Below are positions 42,608 to 55,399 of a stretch of DNA of 64,000 bases, piece after piece. Under the pieces are notes generated by a model, which saw nothing but the letters and a program-made list of their open reading frames with translations, searched no databases and was not told where the DNA came from. Origin of the DNA: Octopus sinensis (Eukaryota); contig NC_043017.1 in NCBI RefSeq assembly GCF_006345805.1, positions 19,654,001 through 19,718,000 on the forward strand, in the 5' to 3' direction. A program made the position numbers and the translations under genes. Position 1 is the first letter of the stretch; each line of letters starts with the position of its first letter.

Positions 42608-42638
<31 letters not shown>

Positions 42639-42989
42639 TTGTTTCAGTCATTTGACTGCGACCATGCTGGAGCACCACCTTTAGTCGAGCAAATCTACCC
42701 CAGGACTTATTTTTTGTAAGCCTAGTACTTATTCTATCGGTCTTTTGCCAAACTGCTAAGTTACAGGGACGTAAACACACCAGCATCGGTTGTCAAGCGA
42801 TGCTGGGGGACGCACACATATATATACGATGGGCTTCTTTCAATTTCTGTCTACCAAATCCACTCATAAGGCTTTGGTCGGCACGAGGCTATAGTAGAAG
42901 ACACTTGCCCAAGATACAATGCAGTGGGACTGAACCTGGAACCATGTGGTTGGTAAGCAAGCTACTTACCACACAGCCACTCCTGAGTT

Positions 42990-43330
42990 TCAAGGGTGAC
43001 GCAATGCCACCCTACATATTTCAACAGGGCCTTAGGCTCCATTCAGAGAAACATGTGAAGCTGCTGGAGACTGTGCTGAAACCCTGGCTGGAAAGAGCTG
43101 CTGCTGGAAGGCCATATGTGTGGCAGCAGGATTCAGCTCTCTTCCATACTTCCGAGAAGAGTCAGAAATAGTTGTTGGAGAATTTTTGACCTCCAAATCC
43201 TACCAATTGTAATTCTATGGATTACTATGTGTTGAGGGGTGACTGAGCAAGATATCAACTGTCGGCCTGCAACACAAACGCTGAGCTAGACACTGAAGAA
43301 TGTATGTGCCAGATTCCAAAGTCATCTTGA
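42990..43330 (+). pseudogene. Tc1/mariner transposase remnant
   Basis: GDAMPPYIF...RPYVWQQDSALFHTS...PPNPTNCNSMDYYV, corresponding to the WQQDxAPxH and WPPxSPDxNPxDY motifs. It has stops and a deletion. Confidence 0.8.
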
Positions 43331-43516
43331 GGCCATGGTGAAAGGTGAGAGCAGCTACTTTGAGTAAACAGCCATAATCTAGTTGATGTTCTTTGATTTT
43401 TTATAACCACTTTTATTTTTGGGTGGGATATCGTGCTTTCTTTTCTTTTTATGCAAATTGTCAAATTTATTTCAGCATATATGTATATATATATATATAT
43501 ACAAACACGCATCATA

Positions 43517-43785
43517 TAATAATAATGAAATTATTGTATACAGTGCTCAGGTGCACCACAACTTGTCAAAAGTGCATATAAAGCATATGCAGTAATGTAC
43601 AGATGTCTGGAAAGCGAACAATGTATGAGTCAGATACATGCTTGCGTGTGTATGGAGGGGAGAAAATCAGGTGTAGTGTTGGCGAATCTCAGGAAGCATG
43701 GAAGTTTTGAAGGATGCAGTGCTCCGACAACTAACAACTGATGCTGGCAGTTTGTTCCATACTTCAGCAACTCTTAGCATGAAAA
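43517..43785 (-). mobile_element. CR1-clade LINE 3' end
   Basis: FFMLRVAEVWNKLPASVV...FKT, the typical CR1 ORF2 C-terminus, followed by a 3' UTR and an (ATT)n tail. Confidence 0.75.
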
Positions 43786-43991
43786 AAAAAAAAAGATGTA
43801 AAAGCATCCAGTACACTCTGTAAAATGGTTGGCGTCAGGAAGAGCATCCAACCGTAGGAGCCACACTAAAACAGACATGGAGTCCAGCTGACCAGCTCCT
43901 GTCAAACCGTCCAACCCATGCCAGCATGGAAAACAGACGCTAAATGATGATAATGATATACATGTAAGCGTGCTTGTTATATATATATATA

Positions 43992-44376
43992 TATAAACAT
44001 AAATTAAATTAGAGATAAAACCAGTATTAGGCAAATCAAACAGTGAAAAACATAAACCAAAACATAGAAATAATTAATATAATATACAAAATATATAAAA
44101 TATAAAATTCAAAATTTAAATTATTTAAATTCAAAGTTAAAAATTTAAAATTATTAATTTATATTTAAAAATTCGTATATATATATAACTATCAAAAAGT
44201 ATAAAAAAGTTTAATATAAGATAATATATATGTTTTGGTTTATGTTTTTCACTGTTTGATTTGCCTAATAGTGGTTTTATCTCTAATTTAATTTATACTT
44301 ATACTGTAAAATTAGATTTAATCCTAAATCTAATTTTTCCCTGTAAGTTTGGATTTACTCCCTAATATTATTATTA
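43992..44376. mobile_element. Fold-back element in (TA)n, no ribozyme seen
   Basis: ~70-bp inverted arms (~44000-44068 and ~44228-44298) around an AT-rich spacer, with (TA)n flanks. Confidence 0.55.
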
Positions 44377-44561
44377 TATATATATAGATAGACAGATCGA
44401 TGACCGGCCATATCTATCTTTATCTATATACTCTACTGCTCTATCACTTAGAATGTGCTTCTTTTTGGAATTTATGATTAACTGACAATATATATTATAC
44501 ATATATGAACGTATGCAAGCGCATGAATGTAGTAAAATGTTTCTTAATAGAATATACTTAC

Positions 44562-44614
44562 GGAAGAATAAATGGATGACGAGGTCGATACTAGCGACAA
44601 TGAAGATCCATGCA
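44562..44614 (-). CDS. NAV: Neuron navigator exon (53 nt), (L)HGSSLSLVSTSSSIYSS
   Basis: Polypyrimidine tract ttttttcttttttctttttccag acceptor and gtaagt donor. Phase 1 start completes the T left by the previous exon. The peptide matches the NAV HGSSLSLVS motif. Confidence 0.93.
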
Positions 44615-45611
44615 CTGGAAAAAGAAAAAAGAAAAAAATTAAATATGCAAATGAATAAAGCTAACTCTGCGGAACGATCACAATTATCTCCCTTAGACGC
44701 CTTAGCTCTAACACACACATACACACTCAACTTTCACGCTTTCTCTCTCTTACACACAACGTCACCCTTTCTCCTTCTCTCTCGCTGTCATATTCTCTCT
44801 TTCTCTCTCTCCTCCTCTCTCATATTCTATTAGATGCAAATGCTATCTTTCTCCCTAATTATAAACTGTTACCCACATCATCTCTCCCTTATCGTTTCTA
44901 ACTCGTATATACAGAAGGCTCGGGATAGGCGGGTTCGGGCGACGAAAGAGTACCCTCTATTTTATTTATATATATATATATATATATATAATGTATATTC
45001 TTTTACTTGTTTCAGTCATTTGACTGCGGCCATGCTGGAGCACTGCCTTTAGTCAAGCAAATCAACCCCAGGACTTATTCTTTGTAAGCCTAGTACTTAT
45101 TCTATCGTTCTCTTTTGCAGAACCGCTCAGTTGTGGGGGACATAAACACACCAACATCGGTTGTCCAGAGATGTTGGGGGACAAACACAGACACACACAC
45201 ACATATATATATATATAATATATCTAATATAGGATAAAATGTTTCGAAAAAAAAATTCTATCAATGGCCAGCATTTAAAAAAATATCTTTGAAGGTTAAA
45301 TTTCTAAACAACTTATAAACAAGGGCAAAATAAAAATGTTCTAATGCCAAATATGCCAAAAATAGACAAATCGTTTTTTGCCCTTTATAAGTTGTATATA
45401 TATATATATATATATACATACATATGATGGGCTTCTTTCAGTTTCCGTCTACCAAATCCAGTCACCAGGCTTTGATCGGCCCGAGGCTATAGCAGAAGAC
45501 ACTTGCCCAAGGTGCCATGCAGTGAGACTGAACCAGGAACCATGTGGTTGGTAAGCAAGCTACTTACCACACAGCCACTCCTGCGCCTATATTTATATAT
45601 ATATATATACA

Positions 45612-45958
45612 CGAGCAAAACGCCCCACCGTCCGATGGATGGTGCTGAGTTGTCAAACATTTTTCTCAAAACAACTTGTCTGACCGTCCCATAAGCCTCC
45701 TCTTTCAGAAACACTGATTTAACCTAATTTTGAGAGTCCAGCAAAAGAAGAAACACGATTTTACAAATGCACGTTCCCACGGCTTTATCGATTGCATTCT
45801 CACCTGGAATCGATTTTTGTAATTTTTTCAAGACTTATACATGCTCTGATACCGTCAGTATCTACATATCAAATTTGAGCGCAATCGGACGGAGGATACC
45901 CGAGATCCTAGAAGACCCACACACAGACAGACAGACATAACGGATTTTATATAAAAGA
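45612..45958 (-). mobile_element. Non-autonomous Helitron (diverged)
   Basis: 5' TC with (gtct)n, subterminal hairpin caccgtcc-gat-ggatggtg, 3' end CTCG (one change from CTAG), A|T site. Confidence 0.6.
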
Positions 45959-47404
45959 TATTTATGGAGGAGGCAATGAGATCATTTTGAACATTGTGGT
46001 TTGGATTTGCATTTGCGACCCTCTAAGCTAGTTTCATTCATGCACTTATGCGGCACATGCACTCATCACACACATGCATGCATGCACACACTATCACTGA
46101 GATCAACAAAATACCAGTATTTATCAAAATTTACAACTGTGTCTTTTGCTTTTGTCCTTGGTTTTGAAGATTCTTGATGTGCGCTTGTATCACTTCCTTT
46201 GTTGTAATCAGTCATTTGGTCAACTATTTAGCCAAACTGACTAATAGTAAATAACAAAGAAGTGAATGAGAACCATTGCATGTGTTTATTACTGGCATAA
46301 TGACCCTCCCAAAATATGCTGGTTTCAAATTTTAGCGAAAGGTGAGCAATTTTGGTTGAGAGGGTAAGCCATTTACGTCAACTCCAGTGTTCAGCTGCTA
46401 CCTATTTTACGGACCCTGAAGGGATAAAAAGGCAAAGTCGACCTTGGTGGAATTTGAACTCAGAATGTAGGGATTGATGAAATGCTGCTAAGCATTTAGT
46501 CCTGTGTGCTACTGATTCTGTCAGCCTGCTGCCTTACTTATTAGTAATCACTGGTTTCAAAATCAATTACATTGACCCCAGTGCATAACTGGTACTTATT
46601 TTATTGACCTTGAAAGGATGAAAGACAAAATTGACCGTGGCAGAATTTGAACTCAGAACGTAAAGAAGTATGACATGCCATGAAACATTTTGTCTGGCAT
46701 CCTTATGATTCTACCAGTTCGTTGCCTTCCTCCCCAAATATAATAAACCTTATAACTATGTATATTTATATTTAACATGTTCATGTCCACTTGAACATGA
46801 CATAATATTTCTTCAGGGAAATGTTCTTGGGAGAGAATTTCTCCTTGAAGACAATTCATGACACAAAACACATCGATGGGTTATGAATGATGACATCGGA
46901 CCGTAGGACATGTGTTTCTGTGTTGTTACTCTTCATCTGTTACAGACCTTGAAACAACTACGAACTTCCGTTCTTGTATGTAAATGACAAAAAATAAATT
47001 TGCTGGCATGTGCAAAGCTTTATTAAGCTGGGATTAATTAAATAGAGGCACATTAAGCAGCAACGATCGAAATAAAGGTGAGTATAGTTATACTTTGTTT
47101 GCATCTGATTATGAAAATTTGTTTGGTGTTGGCTTGGTGGTGGCACAAGCCCTCAGGTGCATTTGAAAGGAACTGAGAAGTGACGTATTGAGGTGTATGT
47201 GATTCCTAATAACATTAATAACAAAAGCCAAGTGAAATAACTGGAAGCAGACATAGAAACTGGTTTTGTGGCTCATTTCAGTAAAATCTTACCTCTGTTG
47301 AATTATTATTTACTAAACTATAAGCAAAAATGAAATAGTGTGTGTGTGTACATATATATATATATATATATACTTTATTTAAAAGCAGCAGAAATTCAAC
47401 AAAA

Positions 47405-47444
47405 CCTGCTACTCTGAGTTTCATGTTCCCATTCGTCGGACAGT
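47405..47444 (-). ncRNA. Type I minimal hammerhead ribozyme with U4C core change, GUA site
   Basis: Minus strand: ACTGT-CCGACGA-ATG-GGAA-CAT-GAAA-CTCAGAG-TA|GCAGG. Stem II is 3 bp. The inverted partner copy has ACG-GGAA-CGC, a covarying TA-to-CG pair. Confidence 0.75.
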
Positions 47445-47462
47445 TTTTGTTAAAATATTTTA

Positions 47463-47494
47463 ACGAACGGGAACGCGAAACTCAGAGTAGCAGG
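47463..47494 (+). ncRNA. 5'-truncated hammerhead copy lacking the CUG of the core
   Basis: ACGA-ACG-GGAA-CGC-GAAA-CTCAGAG-TA-GCAGG, the inverted duplicate of 47405-47444. Confidence 0.65.
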
Positions 47495-47597
47495 TTTTGT
47501 TGAATTTCTGCTGCTTTTAAATAAAGCATATTACTCTACCCCTGGTATTTGAGTACTCTTTTTTCCACCTTGTTTCACATTTATGTGTTTACTCCAG

Positions 47598-47634
<37 letters not shown>

Positions 47635-48040
47635 GTGTGCGTGTGTATATATATCCCCATATCCAGATATGTTCATGCAGAATATTAGAAATCACACACA
47701 CACACATACTATATAATAAATTTATTAGAAAAATGAAATATAACACATAAAAATTTAAATATCAATTATCTAATGATTAAAATTTCATGTTTTAGGAACA
47801 AGAAACAAATGTTATTTTTAATCATCTTAATGAATTTTGAAATTGGAACCAAAGACTTTATCTCCATTTCAAATAGATTTAAATTAATCTCTAATTCTAT
47901 AATTTGAAACATTTAACAGATCATTAATAGCTTACAACTAATCTCCAAACCATTCGTTATATCTTCAAAGTGATGTTGTAATTATATTTTCATGACGACT
48001 CAGATATAGATATATATATCTATACATATACACATATATA

Positions 48041-48430
48041 AGCGCAGGAGTGGCTGTGTGGTAAGAAGCTTGTTTACCAACCACATGATTCCGGGTTCAG
48101 TCCCACTGCGTGGCACCTTGGGCAAGTGTCTTCTACTATAGCCTCGGGCCGACCAAAGCCTTGTAGTGGATTTGGTAGACGGAAACTGAAAAGAAGCCCA
48201 TCGTATATATATATATGTGTGCGTGTATGTTTGTGTTTGTCCCCCTAGCATTGCTTGACGACCGATGCTGGTGTGTTTATGTCCCTGTCACTTAGCGGTT
48301 CGGCAAAAGAGACCGATAAAATAAGTACTGGGCTTACAAAGAATAAGTCCCGGGGTTCAGTTGCTCGATTAAAGGCAGTGCTCCCACATGGCCGCAGTCA
48401 AATGACTGAAACAAGTAAAAGAGTAAAAGA
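48041..48430 (+). mobile_element. tRNA-derived SINE family A, full length
   Basis: Near-identical to 36383-36783. Confidence 0.85.
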
Positions 48431-49450
48431 ATATATATACACATACACATGGCTGTTACAACTTCTGCATCAGTATCATAGAATGATGGCCCCGTAAGCA
48501 TGAATCCACTTTTAGGGTGAACTTTTGGAGTGGTTTGGATCATATGGAATGTTAAACCAATAAATGACTATCCACACATATGTATGTATATATGTGAATA
48601 TATACACATAATAAGCATGCATATGTATATACATGTGTGTGTGTGTGCATGCGGATATATCAACTTATGAATTAAAAGCAGTTCACGTAATGTGAATATA
48701 ACTATCTCACACATATAATGAATGTGTTTTGTTGATCCATGAAATTTGCTGCGGGATTGCTTCTGGGGAAAAACACCCCAAATGATGCTGAATGTCAAAT
48801 TATGTATGTGTGACTGATAATGTTTATATATGAGCATAGATATAAATAAGAACGTATCTGTGTGTGTGTGTGTGTGTGTTGATTTTGACAATGAAACAGT
48901 TGACGTTGAAGCCTTGGCTTGCATGTCATTGTGAGTCCGCTGACGGTGAGCAGACTCAAACTTTGAAGTCACTATCAATTTCTTCTACCTTGTAAATATT
49001 AGTAAATAAGTACTCTACCAAAAATTACCAGGTAATCCTTCAATTTGATGTGAAAACGCCTTATATATAACATATCATTTATATATATATATATATATAA
49101 TATATATATACATATATATATACACATACAAACAAATATATAGATATATATACACACACACATATATACAGATATATATATATACACACACATACATATA
49201 TACAGATATATATATATACACACACATATACATATATGCACACACACACATATATACACACACATACATATATACAAATATACACACACACATACATATA
49301 TATACAAATATATATATATATATACACACACATACATATATACAAATATATATATATACACACATACATATATACAAATATATATATATATATACACACA
49401 TACATATATACAAATATATATATATACACACACACATACATATATACAAA

Positions 49451-49482
<32 letters not shown>

Positions 49483-49539
49483 GATATATATATATATACA
49501 TATATATAGCACTTGTAAGTCATCTGTGCATGTACCATA

Positions 49540-49571
<32 letters not shown>

Positions 49572-49660
49572 CAGATATATATATACATACCCACGCACAC
49601 ATATACAGTTGTCTAGTAAAAGATTTTACTTTTAAACAAATGAAAGGAATATATACTCAC

Positions 49661-51303
49661 AACTTGCATCTTCTTCTTTGCTTATCTTTGACAAAGCAAG
49701 ACTGCTGTAAGGCATACTCGACTGAGTGTTGGACCGTACCATGTTTTGAGTGTAGCTTTGGCTGAGCATGCTGGGATTGTAAGCAGTCATGGGATAGGTG
49801 AAGCGAGATGATGAGTGCGAGCTGTTGCTTGGTGTGGGGGAAGAAGGCTGCTCGTGGGGGCTATTGACTTGTGAATATGAATTTGTGCGTGTCAGATCTT
49901 CAGAGATTGTGTGGTGATTGCTTGAATAGAGGCATTCAGACTGCGTCGACCTGATGCTGTTCGAACGATGCAAACCCATGTTCGGATTTTGTGCCATTTG
50001 ATGAGCCAAAATTCGACAGCTGGCACTGCTTAATGCACGGGCCTGCTGGAGCTGGGCCTGAATGCTAGAAGCTGTCGAAGAGATAGATTCCATGCTTTCC
50101 GTTTCGGACATTTGCATAGGGCTGTGGCCGCCAACTGAACTCAAATTTCCATTGCTGTTTTTCAACCATGGATTATTTGCAGAAGCCGAATGCCGTGGAC
50201 TGGAATAATCTAAAGATATATAATTGGAATAACTCTGGTGACATGGGTTATGAGTCGTATACGGACGGCCAGAAGAGTCGTGCTTGCTATAGGTTGCGTG
50301 CGGATTCGATATAATTGTGCTGTTACACAAACCTTCACCGTTTTTGTTGCCCATGCTATTACGACTGCTCAGCAGTTTCCTCCCTAAAGTATTCGATTTA
50401 TAAAGTTCAGAATCAGTCTGAGAAGAAGTGGTAGACTTGGGGGTGTGGTTTCCAGATTTCTTCCTTCTTTCCAAGGTCGAGTTAGAATATGCGTCGGGAC
50501 CCACGTCCGACATTGACATTCCACTCGGTTTCGGAGCGCTTCCAGGGCGAGGAATCGACGTTATTGGAACTTCGTAGCCTCCGTTACGTCCATCTGAAGA
50601 CCGGTCTCCATGTTTTACCATCCTTCCAGGAACTGAGTCTTTCGATCCATTACTCTTGTTGCTACCCACTGACGAAGAACTGGCGTTGCTGAGCGGTCGT
50701 CTGTAACCGTAATTATTAACATTCATTGCACTATTGTTCCCATTGTTGCTGCTATTCATACCGTTTTGGTGAACCTTTTTCATGCTGGCATCCATTAGAC
50801 ACGATTGGTCAGTGTTTGTCTCAGAATCTCTCTTCGTAGAATAGCGATCGCTGTCGCAGAAACTAGAACTTGTATGTAAACTGATGCCGAGATCAGAATG
50901 GCTGACACTGGTCAGTTTCCTTAACGGCCCAACGGAGCCATCAGGTTTCCGCCAATGAGAATGGTCAAAGCTGCTGTACACGTATGCACTCTCACCAGAA
51001 TCAGACCCTCCATAGGCTTTGTTTTGGGGCAGCGAATATTTTCTCCAGCTGGAAACTAAGTGGCTCGGACTTTGGTAATCTGAAGACAAAATGCCAGGAC
51101 CATGTATACCAAAACGCTTGCTAGTCAGTGGGACAGTACCATTGACCATAGTACGAGAACCTTCTTTCGGTGTCCGTTTCAAACTGCTGTAGGGGTTGGT
51201 GCTGTCTGAACAGTTGGAACCTCCGGTTAGATTCTCGTCTGTGCTTATTTCAGCAATGGTATCACTTATATCCCCACTGCTTATTGAGCTACTATCATCA
51301 AAG
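49661..51303 (-). CDS. NAV: Neuron navigator homologue, large Ser-rich internal coding exon (1643 nt)
   Basis: Acceptor ttttctcttttccttgcag|C at 51303 and donor T|gtgagt at 49661. The frame is open throughout and includes the 516-aa track ORF. It begins FDDSSSISSGDISDTIAEISTDENL, matching the DDSSSxSSGxSDTxDNxSTDD motif I recall from NAV proteins. It splices in frame to the three downstream exons. The specific paralogue cannot be assigned. Confidence 0.9.
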
Positions 51304-51339
51304 CTGCAAGGAAAAGAGAAAAGAGAAAATAGAAAAATA

Positions 51340-51598
51340 TTAATGATAATAATAACAATAATAATAATAATAATAATAACAATAATAATAAAGAGAAGAC
51401 AATAATACTAATAATGATAAGAATGTTGTTAAAAGATAACAATGATAATAATAATAATAATAATAATAATGATGATAATAACAACAATAATAACAATTAT
51501 AATAAAGAGAAGATTGATGACAATAATACTAATAACAATAAGAATGTTATTAAAAGATAACAATGATAATAATAATAATGATAATAATAATGGTAATG

Positions 51599-51631
<33 letters not shown>

Positions 51632-52184
51632 GCCCTGATGCAGTACCAGGCAGTGGCTCTCATGGCTTCTGATCTTAACTGATTGGAAGTGTTATCATGT
51701 ACATTGTTTTGTCTTGGTATAAAAGATGGGCTACAGCAAATATTCTGCTCAATACCACAGATTTGCTTGTCAGTTGTTTGACCTTAACCAGTTGAGCATG
51801 TCCCTTAGTGGCTGACGATATGTGCATCTCTGATCACGAGCAGAAGTAGTGGGGGAGCATCATAGCCATGTGTTGAGAGGGATTCTTTGGGGTTTGAATA
51901 GTTCACCTCTGGAAACATGGGTGGTTCTTTCAACATCCTTAAGCAACCCTTATTCAGGGACCGTTTGAGCGGGATGGCTACTCAACCTGAAGAAAATTCT
52001 AACTGGGCCCCACCTGCAAGGTCATGTGCTGTTTATCTTGATATGAGATCACCATGTCGCGCACATATGGTTGTGATGCATGTGCCTGGTGTACCTTTAT
52101 CAGACGGGTAGTCATGATGGGTATATTGGGCTTCGTATATTTTACCCCAGTGTCACTTTGATGGCATGAACTGCTCTCTCACTC

Positions 52185-52217
<33 letters not shown>

Positions 52218-52490
52218 ACTAATAATAATAATAATGATAATAATAGCAACAATAATAATAAAGAGAAGATTGATGACAATAATACTAATAATGATAAGAA
52301 TGTTTAAAAATAACCATGATGATAATAATAATAATAATGATAATAATAATTAATAATGATAATAATACTACTAATAATAATGATATAATAACAACAATAA
52401 CAATAATAATAAAGAGAAGATTGATGACAATAATACTAATAATGATAACAATGTTGTTTAAAAATAACCATGATAATAATAATAATAATA
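51340..52490. repeat. (AAT)-rich minisatellite with recurring aaagagaagattgatgacaataatactaataatgataagaatg unit
   Basis: The unit recurs near 51390, 51505, 52260, 52405 and again near 52760. It is interrupted by the 554-bp insertion. Confidence 0.75.
51631..52184. mobile_element. Unclassified 554-bp GC-richer insertion inside an (AAT)n tract
   Basis: Non-repetitive block bounded on both sides by pure (AAT)n, with no intact ORF. Confidence 0.5.
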
Positions 52491-52492
52491 AT

Positions 52493-53683
52493 GGTTTCAA
52501 ATTTTGCCGCAAGGGCGGAAATTTTGGGGGAGGGGACGAGTCGATTACATCGACCCCAGTGTACAACAGGTACTTATTTCATCGACCCTGAAAGGATGAA
52601 AGGCAAAGTCGACCTCGGCGGAATTTGAACTCAGAACGGACCAACGGGCGAAGTACCGATAAGAGTTTCATCCGGCATGCTAACAATTCTGCCAGCTCAC
52701 CACCTTATATAATAATAATAATAATAATAAGAAGAAGAAGAATGACAACAATAACAATAAAGATTGATGACAATAATGATACTAATTAAAATAAGAAGAA
52801 CCAAAATAATAATAGTAGTAGTAGAAGTAGTAGTAATAACAATAAATAAGACAAAAAGAAGAATGTTGGTTAGAAAAATAATAATTATCCTTTCTATTAT
52901 AGATACAAGGCTTGAAATTTTGGGGACATGAGTCAACCGCAAACACTGAGCTGACCGAGACGAAATTTGAACTTTGACCATGAAAATGGATGGGATGCTG
53001 CTAAGCATTATGCCACCGCACCACCAAAAATAATAGTAAAAGTCCCTTCTACTATTGGCACAAGGTCTGAAATATTGGGTGAGGGGAAATGGTTGATTTC
53101 ATCGATTCTAGAGTGTAACTGGTATTTATTTCATCGACCCCGAAAGGATGAAAGGTAAAGTCAACCGTAGCAGAATTTGAACTCAGAACATAAAGACAGA
53201 AAAACTGCTGCTAAGCACGCTAACAATTCTGCCAAATCACCACCTTAATGATATTAATAATAATAATAATAATGATAATAATAATAATCCTTTCTGTTAC
53301 AGTCGATCACATCGACGACTGGTACATCGACCCTGAAAGGATGAAAGGAGAAGCTAACCTCAGTGGAATTTGAACTCAGAACACAGTGACAGACAAAAAC
53401 ACCTCTAAGCATTATGCCTGGTGTGCTTATGATCCTGCCAGCTTGCTGCCTTCACAATAATAATAATCGTTTCTACTGGAGGCACAGAGCCTCAAATTTA
53501 TGGGGTGGGGACTAGTCGATTATATCGACACCGGTGGTTCACTGGTACTTAATTTTTATCAACCCCAAAAGGACGAAAGGCAAAGTCAACCTCGGCGGAA
53601 TTTGAACTCAGAATGAAGCAATAGACGAAATACCACTAAGCATTTTGTCTGGCATGCTAACAATTCAGCCAGCTCACCACCTT
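52493..53683 (-). mobile_element. Cluster of SINE family B copies separated by (AAT)n
   Basis: About five same-orientation copies with (AAT)n spacers. Confidence 0.75.
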
Positions 53684-53707
53684 TATAATAATAATAATAA
53701 CAATAAC

Positions 53708-53750
<43 letters not shown>

Positions 53751-55055
53751 TAAACAATAAGAAGAATACAGTAAGAGGAATAACTAAATGAACAAAAACA
53801 AAGGCACACAAGATTAATGGATGTAATTAATCTGAGCATCCAGTAATGAACTTTTATATAAAAAAAGTAAAAGTATTATAAAAAATTAAAAACAAAAAAA
53901 GACCTTTAACAATACTTTATAATTTCTCTCCCTTTTTCTCTACCTACAAAGATCTTACAAGGTGTATACATGAATATACACATGAAGGGTCAGGGGGAAA
54001 AAAATGGCCATGGTGAAATTCTTGGATATTTTTTGGTAAAATTTCTGTGTATGCAAGTGTTCGACTGTCTGGGGTTTGCATGTTGTTTAGCTTTTTTTAT
54101 AAACGAGTGAGATCCAATAAGTTAATCAGTGAAACGAGTTACCATTGTGACACAGTGTATAACTAACGAAGTATCTGGAATACTTTCCACGTATATACAT
54201 ACACACAATTAGAAATCTTTTAAAATTCATCTTCAGGCAAACTTAGCTGACACTACAGAACAAAGGATAAAAATCTTATATATAATTAGCACATCATAAG
54301 GAAGAATGGAAAATCCTCCATTTTCCTTTAAGATGACTTGTTTATATACTTTGTATACTGTAGGAAATCCGAAGTGAGCCCAGGATTTTCCTATTGAGTG
54401 AAGTACCATGCAAATGTTTATCGTAAACGATTCTATATGTTCCCTATCATTTGATGTGGTTAGTCTAATTTGGATTATATCAGAATGCTAATAAGGCACC
54501 AACCTGAATTCCAAGTCCCTATTTCTTCACATTTTATATAGTTCGTTATGCCATGTGGGATGTGCCTGATGACTGTGCTGAGATGTCATATGTATTACAG
54601 TACATTGTTTGGCATGTTCTCAGCATAAAAAACTATTAGTAGCACATAAGAACATGCAGTGTGTTTATTAAATAAAATTTATCTCTCACCAGATGGAGTA
54701 CTTTTTTTGTTGATCTTACTGTCATGGCAGAGTACATTATATATATTTACACATACAGCATTCAGTGTTGGCTATCGGAAAAAAAGAGTACTCAATACCA
54801 CTGTAGAGGTTAATAGTTTACTTTTGACCAAGTAAGTGTCTGGCTACTCCGAGTTTTGCCTTTGGGTAAACAGAATCTTCAGGCAAATTATGTCTCAAGC
54901 AAGTTGTTGGAACTTGGCTGAAGACTGTGTGTTGTACCCAAAGGCAAAACTTGCAGCAGCAAGAGACTAACTTAGCCCAAAATAAAATAAATTATATATA
55001 TGTATATATATATACATATATATATATATACATACATGTATATATACATACATAT

Positions 55056-55088
<33 letters not shown>

Positions 55089-55196
55089 CATACATATATA
55101 CATACATACATATATACATACATACATATATATATATACATACATATATATATACACATACATATATATATACATACATATATACATACATACATA

Positions 55197-55232
<36 letters not shown>

Positions 55233-55357
55233 CATATACATACATATATACATACATATATATATACACATATATATATTCATATATATACATTATATAT
55301 TCATCATCATCATCCATATATATACATATATTCATATATATACATATATATTCATAC

Positions 55358-55399
<42 letters not shown>

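Larger units (their letters stand above)
47373..47597. mobile_element. Fold-back HHR-bearing element in (TA)n (PLE pLTR-like)
   Basis: 58-bp inverted arms at 47373-47430 and 47469-47526, central perfect palindrome gttaaaatattttaac (47449-47464), (TA)n flanks. Confidence 0.72.

Noticed and set aside
48860-48978. Possible alternative NAV exon (LTSKFESAHRQRTHNDMQAK...), in phase with the large exon
   Set aside because: No polypyrimidine tract before the AG, no phase-compatible donor, and the frame runs into (CA)n.
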